Shown: piece by piece, positions 8,168 to 17,370 of the stretch
Numbering within the stretch: position 1 is the stretch's first letter
Layout of the letters: each line of letters begins with the position of its first letter
Assembly: GCA_024699245.1 (NCBI GenBank)
Contig: JAILPW010000047.1
Span: 9,960 to 73,959 of the forward strand
Reading direction: 5' to 3'
Source: Clostridia bacterium
GTDB lineage: Bacteria; Bacillota; Clostridia; Saccharofermentanales; Saccharofermentanaceae
DNA length: 64,000 nt
Notes under the pieces: model-generated
Told to the model about the DNA's origin: nothing
The model's input: the letters and a program-made list of their open reading frames with translations, nothing else
The model's database searches: none
Program-made: the position numbers and the translations under genes

Positions 8168-10651
8168 TTGAACGAGATGCAATCTGACCTTTACAGATCC
8201 AGAGATGAGATGCTCAGGATCTTAGAAATGACTGCAGTTGAAGAGATTAAACCGCTTTTCTCTGACTTTTCCATATGCAATTTTATAGTTATCCCGAGAG
8301 AAGAAAGAATGTACTTCAGCGACGGAATGAGAAAGATCTTAGGGTCTCTCGCGTCACAGGATGTCCTTCTTACGTCTTATCTCCAGTTTGTTCCTGAAAC
8401 TGAGAGGGAAGCGATCGGAGCAAAGTATCAGAACGCATTCAAGGATCTGGTCTTCTCAAATGTCGACCACATCTCCATTTCCCACACTCTCCGTAAATCC
8501 CAGTTCGAGATGCTCGAAGTGGAAGCTTATATGCAGCTTATCAATGTTGATAAGGAAAATTACATCTTCGGTATATTGGTAGACAGATCAAGGACTTTAC
8601 GAGACCGTATCGCATGCCAGTTGTTCAGCAAGGGCATTAACGATTATCTTTTCACATATGATGTTATAAGTGATGCTCTTTACGTAAATGACAGGATCAT
8701 GGAAGATTTCGATCTTTCTTCCTGGAAGATAAAGAACGCTTCTAACGAGATCTACAGATTCGTTCATCAGGATGATGTCGAGAGACTTCGTGATGAGATC
8801 AAGAGTTTTATCCATCATGAATCGGTTGAGTTTGACGGAACATACAGATTCCTTTCTGCCAACAGAGGTGAGATCCACCTTCATGCCAACGGCCTTTCTG
8901 ATGCCGATAAAGACGGTGTTCCCGGCGCAGATCCTCAATACATTTCCGGATCTTTCAGTGATATCACGGGATTTGTCGAGGATGAGTCCATTAGGACTAA
9001 CTTGATCGAGGGTACATCTGCTATTACTTTCTATGCCGACTACAGGATAGGTAAGATCGTTTTCTCCGAGAACATTCACGAGATACTTCCGGGTATCCCG
9101 ACGGAGCAGGACGGAGAACTCATAGAACTCATCGCTTCGAAGATCGTTCCTGAAGACCGTAAGCGTTTCAGGGACATCATGCATCAGGTAGTCGACGGTC
9201 AGGAAGAAAAATTCTCCGTTGAGTTCCGTGTTCCGGTCGAAGGTGACAGGAATATCTGGATCGCTTGCCGAGGCAAGAGCTTTTTCGATAATACAAGACA
9301 TTCACTTATGATCGTAGGAACTGTCTTTGACCTTACAAGAATGAACGAGGTTAGAGAGGGCGTTGAGCGTAATGCTTCATGTCACGAACTTACAGGCTTC
9401 CCGACACGTGAGAGACTTATTTCCGATGCTGAACTCGTATTCAGGAACAAGGATCTTCTCTCTGCTGCCGTTGTTCTTATTGATATTAACGGATTCCATT
9501 CCTACAATGACCGTTACGGAAGATCTGCAGGAAACGAGATCTTGATCGCCGTCGGTAACATGCTCCAAAAGCACCTTCCTGACGGAGCATCCATCTATCA
9601 CATAGGTGTTGATATCTTCTGTATCCTTTGGCCTCATGCATCAAGGATCAAAGTAGCAGAGTACATGAGTTATCTTCAGGAAGAAAGTATCCAGCCGCTC
9701 GAGATGGGCAGAGGCTCATTCTTCGTAACTTACGGTCTTTCTGCTGCTATCTATCCGTCCTGCGGTTCCGTTGTTGACGAGCTTCTCGTTAATGCCGAGA
9801 TCGCGCTTCATAAGGTTAAGCAGGATAAGAAACTTAAGTATGCGATCTATTCACCGGTCGATAAGAGAGAACTTAAGGAAAGACTGGACTTCGAGCTTCA
9901 GATCTCGCAGTCTATCCGTAATAACATGGATAGTTTCCAGCTTTATTACCAGCCTCTTATCAACGCCAAGACAGAGACCTTGGGCGGTGCTGAGGCACTC
10001 CTTCGCTGGGTCGCTCCTAACGGTGAGCTCGTTAACCCTGAAAGAGTTGTTAATGCTCTCGAGTCGACCGACCAGATGGAGATAATCGGATCATGGATCC
10101 TCGATAAAGCTATCGGTCAGTGCGCTCAGTGGCTTGCCAACGGTGCTGATCCGAATTTCTATGTTCATATCAATGTAACGGCTGATGACCTTGTGAGAAG
10201 GGATTTTGCCAACGATGTCTTGAACGTTCTTGCCAGATATAATCTTTCTCCGAAGAATATCCTTCTGGAGATCACGGAGACATCCCTCATGAGAAACATC
10301 GCTATGTGCCGTCAGAATCTCATAAGGCTCAGAAACGAGAACGTAAGGATTGCATTGGACGACTTCGGTACAGGATATTCTTCATTCAACTATTTAAGAG
10401 AGCTTCCTGTCGATGAGATCAAGATCGACAAGGCATTCGTTGATGATATGGATACCGTTGCATTTAACAGATCATTTATCTCGGCTATCACGATGCTTGC
10501 GCACTCCATTAAAAAGCAGGTCTGCGTTGAGGGTGTCGAGAATGAAAACCAGGCTAAAGTAATCCGCGACATGGGTGCGGATGTCCTTCAGGGATACTAC
10601 TACAGTAAGCCTTTGACGGTTTTTAATTTCGAAAACAAGTACTTCAAGTAA
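8168..10651 (+). CDS. Multi-PAS, degenerate-GGDEF, EAL protein (probable c-di-GMP phosphodiesterase)
   Basis: PAS-like segments (VHQDD, PEDR...FRVP...WIACRG); GGDEF position reads GVDIF; AEALLRW, LEITET, ALDDFGTGYSS, EGVE, QGYYYSKP; TTG 8168 behind GGGGAG. Confidence 0.9.
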   Translation: MNEMQSDLYRSRDEMLRILEMTAVEEIKPLFSDFSICNFIVIPREERMYFSDGMRKILGSLASQDVLLTSYLQFVPETEREAIGAKYQNAFKDLVFSNVDHISISHTLRKSQFEMLEVEAYMQLINVDKENYIFGILVDRSRTLRDRIACQLFSKGINDYLFTYDVISDALYVNDRIMEDFDLSSWKIKNASNEIYRFVHQDDVERLRDEIKSFIHHESVEFDGTYRFLSANRGEIHLHANGLSDADKDGVPGADPQYISGSFSDITGFVEDESIRTNLIEGTSAITFYADYRIGKIVFSENIHEILPGIPTEQDGELIELIASKIVPEDRKRFRDIMHQVVDGQEEKFSVEFRVPVEGDRNIWIACRGKSFFDNTRHSLMIVGTVFDLTRMNEVREGVERNASCHELTGFPTRERLISDAELVFRNKDLLSAAVVLIDINGFHSYNDRYGRSAGNEILIAVGNMLQKHLPDGASIYHIGVDIFCILWPHASRIKVAEYMSYLQEESIQPLEMGRGSFFVTYGLSAAIYPSCGSVVDELLVNAEIALHKVKQDKKLKYAIYSPVDKRELKERLDFELQISQSIRNNMDSFQLYYQPLINAKTETLGGAEALLRWVAPNGELVNPERVVNALESTDQMEIIGSWILDKAIGQCAQWLANGADPNFYVHINVTADDLVRRDFANDVLNVLARYNLSPKNILLEITETSLMRNIAMCRQNLIRLRNENVRIALDDFGTGYSSFNYLRELPVDEIKIDKAFVDDMDTVAFNRSFISAITMLAHSIKKQVCVEGVENENQAKVIRDMGADVLQGYYYSKPLTVFNFENKYFK

Positions 10652-10773
10652 TCGTCAATTTGTTCAATTATTCAGGAAACAAGCCCGGATGCTTATTGAT
10701 TCTTTGGGATTGCGGAATAATATTGTTGCTCCATAATATATGTAACACCAGTTTTATAGAGTAATTAAGTGAA

Positions 10774-11469
10774 ATGTACAGATTTTGTAAGCACAATATC
10801 ATTGAAAGGGTCAAGATCAGGATCGAGGATAAGGATATAAATGTATCTCTTATCGCGATCTCTATTGTTGCGAACTCGATCCTTGCGTTCTTTAAATTGA
10901 TCTTCGGGTTCTATCTTGAATCTTTCTGGCTTATTCTACACGCTGTATATTTCGTCTTCCTGGGGTTTGCCAGATATAAGACCATGAAGAATTACATCTA
11001 TATCAAGAACATAGAAGACTCCATAAAGAAGTATGAGATAGAATTTGCCATCCACAACAGAAGCGGCGGATTCATCTTCCTGATCGGTGCAGCATATCTG
11101 GCTCTTTGTCTCAGGATGTATCTGGTCGGTGATGTTGTCTTGATCGGAGGTGGCCTTGTATACTGCTTTGTGACATTTGCGGCGTTCAAAAATGCATTTG
11201 CGATATACGGACTTTTCGTTACCAGAAAAAAGGAGACTCCTGTCGTAAGAGTCATGAAAGTTATAGGAATAGTGGATGCTTCTCTTTCGATCGTTCCGGT
11301 CCTTTATACATCCATGTCATATTTCGGTATTATCCATTCAGCTGAAGTTCCTGCCATAGTAGGCATCATCATAAGTATCTGCGTTATGACCAGCGGAATA
11401 ATTATGTCCAACAGACCTAAGGAGAGATATCTGAACAATTACATGGCGGCTTCGGGAAATAAAGAATAA
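10774..11469 (+). CDS. Hypothetical integral membrane protein
   Basis: 231 aa with about 6 hydrophobic segments. Confidence 0.75.
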   Translation: MYRFCKHNIIERVKIRIEDKDINVSLIAISIVANSILAFFKLIFGFYLESFWLILHAVYFVFLGFARYKTMKNYIYIKNIEDSIKKYEIEFAIHNRSGGFIFLIGAAYLALCLRMYLVGDVVLIGGGLVYCFVTFAAFKNAFAIYGLFVTRKKETPVVRVMKVIGIVDASLSIVPVLYTSMSYFGIIHSAEVPAIVGIIISICVMTSGIIMSNRPKERYLNNYMAASGNKE

Positions 11470-11533
11470 CAAGCAAAAACCGTCGGTATAGTGTATAATC
11501 TATTTTGATCGTTTCCTTGAGGAGGATTTATAA

Positions 11534-12061
11534 ATGGCTATTTTTGATCCAAAGACTAAGGTTATCTCCGGATACCAGAAGTCAATCGAAGAGAAGAACA
11601 GAGTAATAGCAAAGTACTTCGATCAGATCGGAAGACTTTACTATGGACAATATAAGGATATGTCCGTTGACGTAACAAAGGACATCAACACACGTTGTGA
11701 GGCTGTAAGCGATCTTTATGACGAGATCAGAGATTGCGAACTTAAGATCCTCTTTGCAAAGGGCCTTAAGCTTTGCCCTAACTGCGGTAAGGAGAACATG
11801 CTTGCTTATGCATTCTGTTTTGCATGCGGTGCAAAGTTTGAACCCGGTTCCGAGAATGCTCCGGGTGAAGTAAAGCCTTCCAGGGTTGAGCCTATTATTG
11901 AGGCTCCTTCGATCGAAGAACCTAAGGCTGAAGAGCCTTCTGTTGAAGAAGCAAAAGAAGAAACAAAAGAAGAAGCATCTGAAGAAGTTGTTGAAGAGAC
12001 AACAGAGGAAACTGCGGAAGAGGCTTCTGAGCCTGAGAAGACAGAGGGATCTGAAGAATAA
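11534..12061 (+). CDS. Zinc-ribbon domain protein with acidic tail
   Basis: CPNCG...FCFACGAKF; Glu-rich C-terminus; RBS GAGGAGG. Confidence 0.85.
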   Translation: MAIFDPKTKVISGYQKSIEEKNRVIAKYFDQIGRLYYGQYKDMSVDVTKDINTRCEAVSDLYDEIRDCELKILFAKGLKLCPNCGKENMLAYAFCFACGAKFEPGSENAPGEVKPSRVEPIIEAPSIEEPKAEEPSVEEAKEETKEEASEEVVEETTEETAEEASEPEKTEGSEE

Positions 12062-12079
12062 TATCGATATTCGGATAAT

Positions 12080-12118
12080 AAAGATGGGACTTAAGTCGTT
12101 CTTAAGCCCCATCTTTTT
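12080..12118 (+). terminator. Intrinsic terminator
   Basis: AAAGATGGGACTTAAG-tcgtt-CTTAAGCCCCATCTTTTT. Confidence 0.85.
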
Positions 12119-12241
12119 CATTATAACATTTTTTCGAAAATAAAGTGGTTATGACTGTTACAATCTGTAAACAAGTTATGAATTATAATTGATTCAAGGA
12201 CGAAAGTCCTCTAGAAAACATCACGGGAAGGATGTGATTTT

Positions 12242-12787
12242 ATGAAGATCACTACGCAGGGAAAAGGCATTCGTATCGGAGAGAGACTTGAAAAGAAGAT
12301 TGCCGACAAGATGAGCAAATTCGACAAGTATTTTGGTGAGGAAGGCACCTTCAATATACGAATCAGACCTGAGGGAGACCGAATGGTCGTAGAGATCACT
12401 CTTAAACTCAACAACAGGATCTACAGAGCAGAGTCCAGAGACGAAGAGATCCTTACAGCAGTTGATAGAACAATCGATAAGCTTGAGTCACAGATAAGGA
12501 GACAGAAGACTAAATTCTTAAAGCAGAAGAAAGATTACCCGCAGATCGTAAGCTACCTTGAAGACGAAGCAGATTCTGATTTCGATTTTGAGGATTATGA
12601 AGAGGAGAAGAAGATAATTAGAAGAAAGACATTTGAATTAAGGCCTATGTCTTCGGAAGACGCAATTTTGCAGATGGAAATGCTTGGGCATAACTTCTTG
12701 GTTTATTTGGATGCTGATACCAACGTCGTAAGTGTAATTTACAAGCGTAAGGACGGCAACTACGGTTTGATTGAACCGGCCTATTGA
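12242..12787 (+). CDS. hpf: Ribosome hibernation promoting factor (long HPF)
   Basis: S30AE N-domain (KLESQIRRQKTK) plus C-domain (KTFELRPMSSEDAILQMEMLGHNF, YKRKDGNYGLIE). Confidence 0.96.
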   Translation: MKITTQGKGIRIGERLEKKIADKMSKFDKYFGEEGTFNIRIRPEGDRMVVEITLKLNNRIYRAESRDEEILTAVDRTIDKLESQIRRQKTKFLKQKKDYPQIVSYLEDEADSDFDFEDYEEEKKIIRRKTFELRPMSSEDAILQMEMLGHNFLVYLDADTNVVSVIYKRKDGNYGLIEPAY

Positions 12788-12842
12788 TCCTTCCTGATTG
12801 GTTATCCTTCACAGTAAAGCCGTTGTTACGCGATTAGGATTT

Positions 12843-12871
12843 GGGGAGCCCTGCGGGGCTCCCCTGTTTTT
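12843..12871 (+). terminator. Intrinsic terminator after hpf
   Basis: GGGGAGCCC-tgcg-GGGCTCCCC-TGTTTTT. Confidence 0.85.
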
Positions 12872-12874
12872 GTG

Positions 12875-12903
12875 TTGACAGAAAAAAATACCCGTGTTAT
12901 ATT
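12875..12903 (+). promoter_or_regulatory. sigmaA-type promoter of the TetR operon
   Basis: TTGACA-17 bp-TATATT with TGn extension. Confidence 0.8.
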
Positions 12904-12910
12904 CGCTTTA

Positions 12911-12928
12911 TGAATGAATATTCGTTCA
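12911..12928. promoter_or_regulatory. Probable TetR operator
   Basis: 18-bp near-perfect palindrome TGAATGAAT/ATTCGTTCA just downstream of the -10 box. Confidence 0.7.
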
Positions 12929-12950
12929 GTCAAAACGGAGGAACAGATAC

Positions 12951-13529
12951 ATGCCAAAGACAGAAGAACAGTGTAAGCAGCTCAGGGAAGATATGAGGAG
13001 CAGGATACTTAAGAATGCTTCATTATATTTTGCTAGAAACGGCTTTGGGGATACGAAGATCGGAGATCTTGCAAAGCACATAGGTATAGGACAGGGAACG
13101 ATCTATCTTTATTTCAAGTCCAAAGAGGAACTTTTCGAAGAGATAAGGAAGAATGCCGATAATAAAGATCAGGTAAGAAATCTTGAGAAAGTATCTAAGC
13201 TTCCTTTGCCTGCAAAGGCCAAGATCGATATGATCTCTGCCGATATGGAAAGAAAGCTCAACAACGATGAGGATTATGTAGTTAAGATCACTATCGTTTC
13301 ACAGCTCATGCTGGAGCAGGAGGAAACGCTCTACGGAAATGATCTTTACAAGCATATGGCCAAGATCATAAGGCAGGGCCAGAAGGAAGGTTCTGTAGTT
13401 AAGGGCGATCCTGTTTATCTTGCGGATCTTTACTGGGGAACTGTCTATATGTATGCACTTAAGAAACTGTTCGTTAATGAGTGCAAGATGGTCACCAGGG
13501 AGACGCTCGCACGTCTTTTGGAGGTGTGA
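12951..13529 (+). CDS. TetR/AcrR-family regulator
   Basis: FARNGFGDTKIGDLAKHIGIGQGTIYLYFKSKEELF HTH. Confidence 0.95.
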   Translation: MPKTEEQCKQLREDMRSRILKNASLYFARNGFGDTKIGDLAKHIGIGQGTIYLYFKSKEELFEEIRKNADNKDQVRNLEKVSKLPLPAKAKIDMISADMERKLNNDEDYVVKITIVSQLMLEQEETLYGNDLYKHMAKIIRQGQKEGSVVKGDPVYLADLYWGTVYMYALKKLFVNECKMVTRETLARLLEV

Positions 13530-13530
13530 G

Positions 13531-14289
13531 ATGACAAGGGTTGCAATAGTAACCGGTGCGACCGGCGGTATAGGGGAAAAGTTTATTCAGAGAATAAGCG
13601 CAATGGATGACATAGAAGAAGTATGGGCGATAGGAAGGAGCAGGGATAAGCTCGATCGGCTGAAGGAGGAGCATTCTAATGTAAGAGTGATCGAAGCTGA
13701 TATCGGAAATGGCGGAATGAAGGTTATAAACGATCTCATCCGTGAAGAAGATCCAGATATAAGGATGCTCGTTAATAATGCAGGTGTCGCTTATATGGGT
13801 GATTTCAGCAAGATGACCTGTGATCAGGTCGTAAGCTTTTGCAAGGTAAACTGCAGTGCGCCGTCTGAACTTATGCTTATATGTTTGCCGTTCATGCATG
13901 AAGGTTCCAGGATATTAAATATCTCATCTGCTTCTTCCTTTCAGCCTAATCCTTATCTTTCCGTCTATTCGGCAAGCAAGTCATATCTTAAGAACCTTTC
14001 AAGAGCGTTGAACCATGAACTCAGGGAAAGAAAGATAACGGTAACTTCCGTGTGCCCTTATTGGGTTGATACGGGGATGCTGCCGAGAGAAAAAGACGGG
14101 AAAAAGATCAACTATCCGGGAATGGTAAGTGCTGATCTTGTAGTGGATAAAGCCCTTAAGGACAGCGGTAAAGGAAAGGATATGTCGGTTCCGGGCTTTT
14201 TTGCACAGTACTTCAGGATCTATTCCAAGATAATGCCTACAGGTATAGTCATGAGGCAGTGGGTAGCAGGGATAAGAAAATACTTATGA
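13531..14289 (+). CDS. Short-chain dehydrogenase/reductase
   Basis: TGATGGIG, VNNAG, NISS, YSASK; start re-assigned to ATG 13531. Confidence 0.93.
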   Translation: MTRVAIVTGATGGIGEKFIQRISAMDDIEEVWAIGRSRDKLDRLKEEHSNVRVIEADIGNGGMKVINDLIREEDPDIRMLVNNAGVAYMGDFSKMTCDQVVSFCKVNCSAPSELMLICLPFMHEGSRILNISSASSFQPNPYLSVYSASKSYLKNLSRALNHELRERKITVTSVCPYWVDTGMLPREKDGKKINYPGMVSADLVVDKALKDSGKGKDMSVPGFFAQYFRIYSKIMPTGIVMRQWVAGIRKYL

Positions 14290-15476
14290 GATACAGACTT
14301 GAGACAGAAAGAGTCGATCTTTTTGATGCAAATATATTGATAGTTATGAATGTAAGACTGAATGTCCGAGTGGCATTCGATGATCTCAGGGCTTCGTTCA
14401 TGAGAGCATGTGATATGCATGAGGTGTTAAGATCCAAAGTCATTATCGAACCGTCAGGTGAAGCGTATTACGTCGATAATGATGAGCCGCATAATTCCAT
14501 AACCGAGACCGGAAGTTCCCTGGAAGAACTCATATACGTTAACGAGAGGCGAAGGTTCAGGATCGAAGAGGGAGAATTTATAAGGGCGTTCGTATCGCCT
14601 GACGGACTCATCTTCATGATGCATCATCTCGGAGGCGACGGTAAGTCATTGCTCTATTTCATAGAGACATTTATGAAGTGTCTTGAAGGAGACGAGGCGG
14701 AATATGTTCCGTTCAGGAATCTGCCCTTCGAAGACATACCTGATGAGAGCGGATTATCCTTTGGTTATAAGTTTCTTACAAGATACTGGAACCGTAAATG
14801 GGCAAAGCTGAAACGCACCTATACATATCGTGACATGGATGAGGAATACAGCGGCTTTTGGACCGGCCGTAAGACCGATGTAATTGTAAGAAGATATAAC
14901 AAGGAAGAGCTCGATACTCTTCTTAAAAGATCAAGGGAGATCGGAGTATCGCTGACTTCTTATCTCATTACCGGATTTATTGAGGGTTCGGATAAGAAGC
15001 TGGCACTCGGGATCGCGGCTGACGGAAGGACCGATGGTAACAGGTCGATGGGTAACCAGGTAACGGGTATCGCCATTAAGGTCAGGTATGATAACAGGCA
15101 GTCGTTCGAGGATAATGCAAGACGGGTGGATCGTCTGATGAAGGATAAACTTTCTGATCCCAAACACCGCTATTTCTCCCTGGAGTTCATGAGGCATCTG
15201 GAACCGACTTTGAAGGATGCCTTGAATCTGGTGAGAGCAGGGTTTGTTGACGGCAGTTTTGTCACCATGGTCGCAGGTTTCCTCGGTTACGGAAAGAAGA
15301 TCAGGGATATGAGCTTTACGAATCTTACGAGAGCCGATATCGGCCTTCGGTACGGAGATTATAAGATCGAGGAGATCATATTTGTGCCTCCGGTAGTTTC
15401 TTATGCCAAAGACGTAATAGGGATCGTTACTACGGGGGATATCATGAATGTTACAAGACATGTCTACGGCAAATAA
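14286..15476 (+). CDS. Condensation-domain / alcohol acetyltransferase-like acyltransferase
   Basis: HHLGGDG (HHxxxDG) motif; ATGA overlap with the SDR stop. Confidence 0.75.
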   Translation: MRYRLETERVDLFDANILIVMNVRLNVRVAFDDLRASFMRACDMHEVLRSKVIIEPSGEAYYVDNDEPHNSITETGSSLEELIYVNERRRFRIEEGEFIRAFVSPDGLIFMMHHLGGDGKSLLYFIETFMKCLEGDEAEYVPFRNLPFEDIPDESGLSFGYKFLTRYWNRKWAKLKRTYTYRDMDEEYSGFWTGRKTDVIVRRYNKEELDTLLKRSREIGVSLTSYLITGFIEGSDKKLALGIAADGRTDGNRSMGNQVTGIAIKVRYDNRQSFEDNARRVDRLMKDKLSDPKHRYFSLEFMRHLEPTLKDALNLVRAGFVDGSFVTMVAGFLGYGKKIRDMSFTNLTRADIGLRYGDYKIEEIIFVPPVVSYAKDVIGIVTTGDIMNVTRHVYGK

Positions 15477-15678
15477 AAGATCCGTTTTCTATAAGTATCT
15501 GCCTGTCGCGTGCTTATGGCTTATCGGCCTTGGGATCGGAGTCTTTTATGATCATGATGTTGCGATGACCTTGTATCGCGGTAATGATATCACCTCGGTC
15601 GTATTCAGCGTGGTCGGACTTGGTTATTGTATTCTGTTCAGGTTCTTGAGCTCACTTGTTCCTGATAACAAGGCGTGA
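15448..15678 (+). pseudogene. Short membrane ORF, possibly an N-terminal remnant of a PAP2-family protein
   Basis: SD GGGGGA 8 nt upstream; IGVFYDHDVAMTLY resembles the start of clostridial PAP2 proteins, but the ORF stops at 76 aa without catalytic motifs. Confidence 0.35.
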
Positions 15679-15755
15679 ATTACCATTTAATGATTGTTTA
15701 ATAAATTCTTGGATATCATCTGAATCATAAAGATGTGATTTTATCGGAGGATGAT

Positions 15756-16991
15756 ATGTCTAAGGATTCGAATTTCGGTAAGTTTCTTCTCCTCTGGGCG
15801 GGAGAGTTTATATCAGCGATCGGTGGCGGACTTACAAGTTTCGGTCTCGGTGTTTATGTCTATAAGCAGACCGGAAGTGCGGCTTGTACGTCACTTGTTA
15901 CGCTTTTGGCATTTTTTCCGATGCTGGTATTAAGCGTTCCTGCGGGAATCCTTGCAGACCGTTATGACAGAAGGAATTTGATGATGCTCGGTGACGGACT
16001 TTCCGCCATCGGCCTTGTATATATCCTGATCCGTATGTTCATGGGTGGAGCTACGCTTCTTGATATCTGCATAGGTGTTACGATTAGCTCCGTATTCTCG
16101 GCACTTTTGGAGCCATCTTATAAGGCGACCGTTACAGATATGCTCACCAAAGAGGAATATTCCAAAGCAAACGGACTTGTAAGCATCGCAGGAAGCGCGA
16201 GATACCTTCTTTCTCCTATTATCGCGGGATTCCTCCTTGCTATAAGCGACATTAAGCTTCTTCTTATCATCGACATCTGTACTTTTTTCCTTACTGTAAT
16301 AACTACGGCAGTTGTAAGAAGAGGTATCGAGAGTAAAAAGAGCGACGAGAATGTATCACTCAAGAACGGTATCAAGGAAGGTTTTGCAGTGATCAGGGCC
16401 AAGAAAGGCATTATGACCCTCATAATCATGACATCCGTTATCACATGCTTCATCGGAATAATGATGACACTTTCCGAACCTATGGTACTTGCTTTCAGGG
16501 ATGAAAAGACCCTTGGAACCTTAGAGACCATCTGTGCCAGCGGAATGCTCGTAACAAGCGTTGTCCTTGGTGCTTTGGGCATCAAGAAGCATTTTGTTAA
16601 GCTTCTTTCATTTTCTCTTGCATTAAGCGGTATCGGAATGGCGATCTTCGGCATCAAAGAGAACGTGATCCTCATGACTGTTGCAGGATTTTTCTTCTTT
16701 GCTATGCTTCCTATCGCCAACAACAGCCTTGATTACCTCATCAGGATCAACATTCCTGAGGAAACTCAGGGAAGGGCATGGGGCATCATCGGATTCATAT
16801 CCCAGCTGGGTTATGTCGTAGCTTTTGCAGCTTCCGGAGTCCTTGCCGATGTAACGGCTAAAGCCGCCGGTATAAGCGTCGGAAGAGGTTCCGGTGCAGT
16901 CATTATGGTTGCTGGCATCCTTCTTACCGTGGTATCATTGTCTTTGCTTTTTCGAAAAAGCATCAGGGCTCTCGAAAACACGGAAAAGTAA
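15756..16991 (+). CDS. MFS efflux transporter (DHA3/Mef-like)
   Basis: AGILADRYDRR motif A; about 12 TM segments; EETQGR; start ATG 15756 behind GGAGG. Confidence 0.9.
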   Translation: MSKDSNFGKFLLLWAGEFISAIGGGLTSFGLGVYVYKQTGSAACTSLVTLLAFFPMLVLSVPAGILADRYDRRNLMMLGDGLSAIGLVYILIRMFMGGATLLDICIGVTISSVFSALLEPSYKATVTDMLTKEEYSKANGLVSIAGSARYLLSPIIAGFLLAISDIKLLLIIDICTFFLTVITTAVVRRGIESKKSDENVSLKNGIKEGFAVIRAKKGIMTLIIMTSVITCFIGIMMTLSEPMVLAFRDEKTLGTLETICASGMLVTSVVLGALGIKKHFVKLLSFSLALSGIGMAIFGIKENVILMTVAGFFFFAMLPIANNSLDYLIRINIPEETQGRAWGIIGFISQLGYVVAFAASGVLADVTAKAAGISVGRGSGAVIMVAGILLTVVSLSLLFRKSIRALENTEK

Positions 16992-17030
16992 AAAACAAGA
17001 AATTACTGAATCCCTGTTTTCAAGTATTTG

Positions 17031-17059
17031 TTGACTTGATATCAAGTTTTTAGTATAAT
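17031..17059 (+). promoter_or_regulatory. sigmaA promoter of rpsU
   Basis: TTGACT-17 bp-TATAAT. Confidence 0.85.
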
Positions 17060-17100
17060 CCCTTCCGTTATATTTCTACGCACGAGAGGAGGGATAAAGA

Positions 17101-17274
17101 ATGTCAGAAATCAGACTTAAGGAGAATGAGTCCCTTGATAGTGCGCTTCGCAGATTTAAGCGTTCATGTGCAAGATCAGGAGTTCTCGCTGAAGTACGTA
17201 AGAGAGAGCACTATGAGAAGCCATCTGTACGTCGTAAGAAGAAGTCAGAGGCTGCAAGAAAGCGCAAGCGCTGA
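17101..17274 (+). CDS. rpsU: 30S ribosomal protein S21 (57 aa; absent from the ORF track)
   Basis: [57 protein letters not shown]. Confidence 0.98.
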   Translation: MSEIRLKENESLDSALRRFKRSCARSGVLAEVRKREHYEKPSVRRKKKSEAARKRKR

Positions 17275-17292
17275 TAGGATTTGATTCTTAAC

Positions 17293-17326
17293 GGAACTGT
17301 TCACATATGTGAGCAGTTCTTTTTTT
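17293..17326 (+). terminator. Intrinsic terminator after rpsU
   Basis: GAACTGTTCAC-atat-GTGAGCAGTTC-TTTTTTT. Confidence 0.88.
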
Positions 17327-17370
17327 GTCTCACTTTTTTTGGTAAAATGTAAACAAATAATTAGAGTGAG

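Noticed and set aside
10652-10773. Possible c-di-GMP riboswitch after the GGDEF-EAL gene
   Set aside because: No GEMM-type GNRA/receptor stems or conserved core visible
11880-12058. GAAGAA-rich repeats as a tandem repeat or CRISPR array
   Set aside because: Simply encodes the Glu-rich tail; no constant repeat-spacer period
12197-12210. AGGAC-GAAA-GTCCT hairpin in the hpf leader as a hammerhead ribozyme or raiA-motif RNA
   Set aside because: No CUGAUGA core, and the leader (about 50 nt) is far too short for the raiA motif
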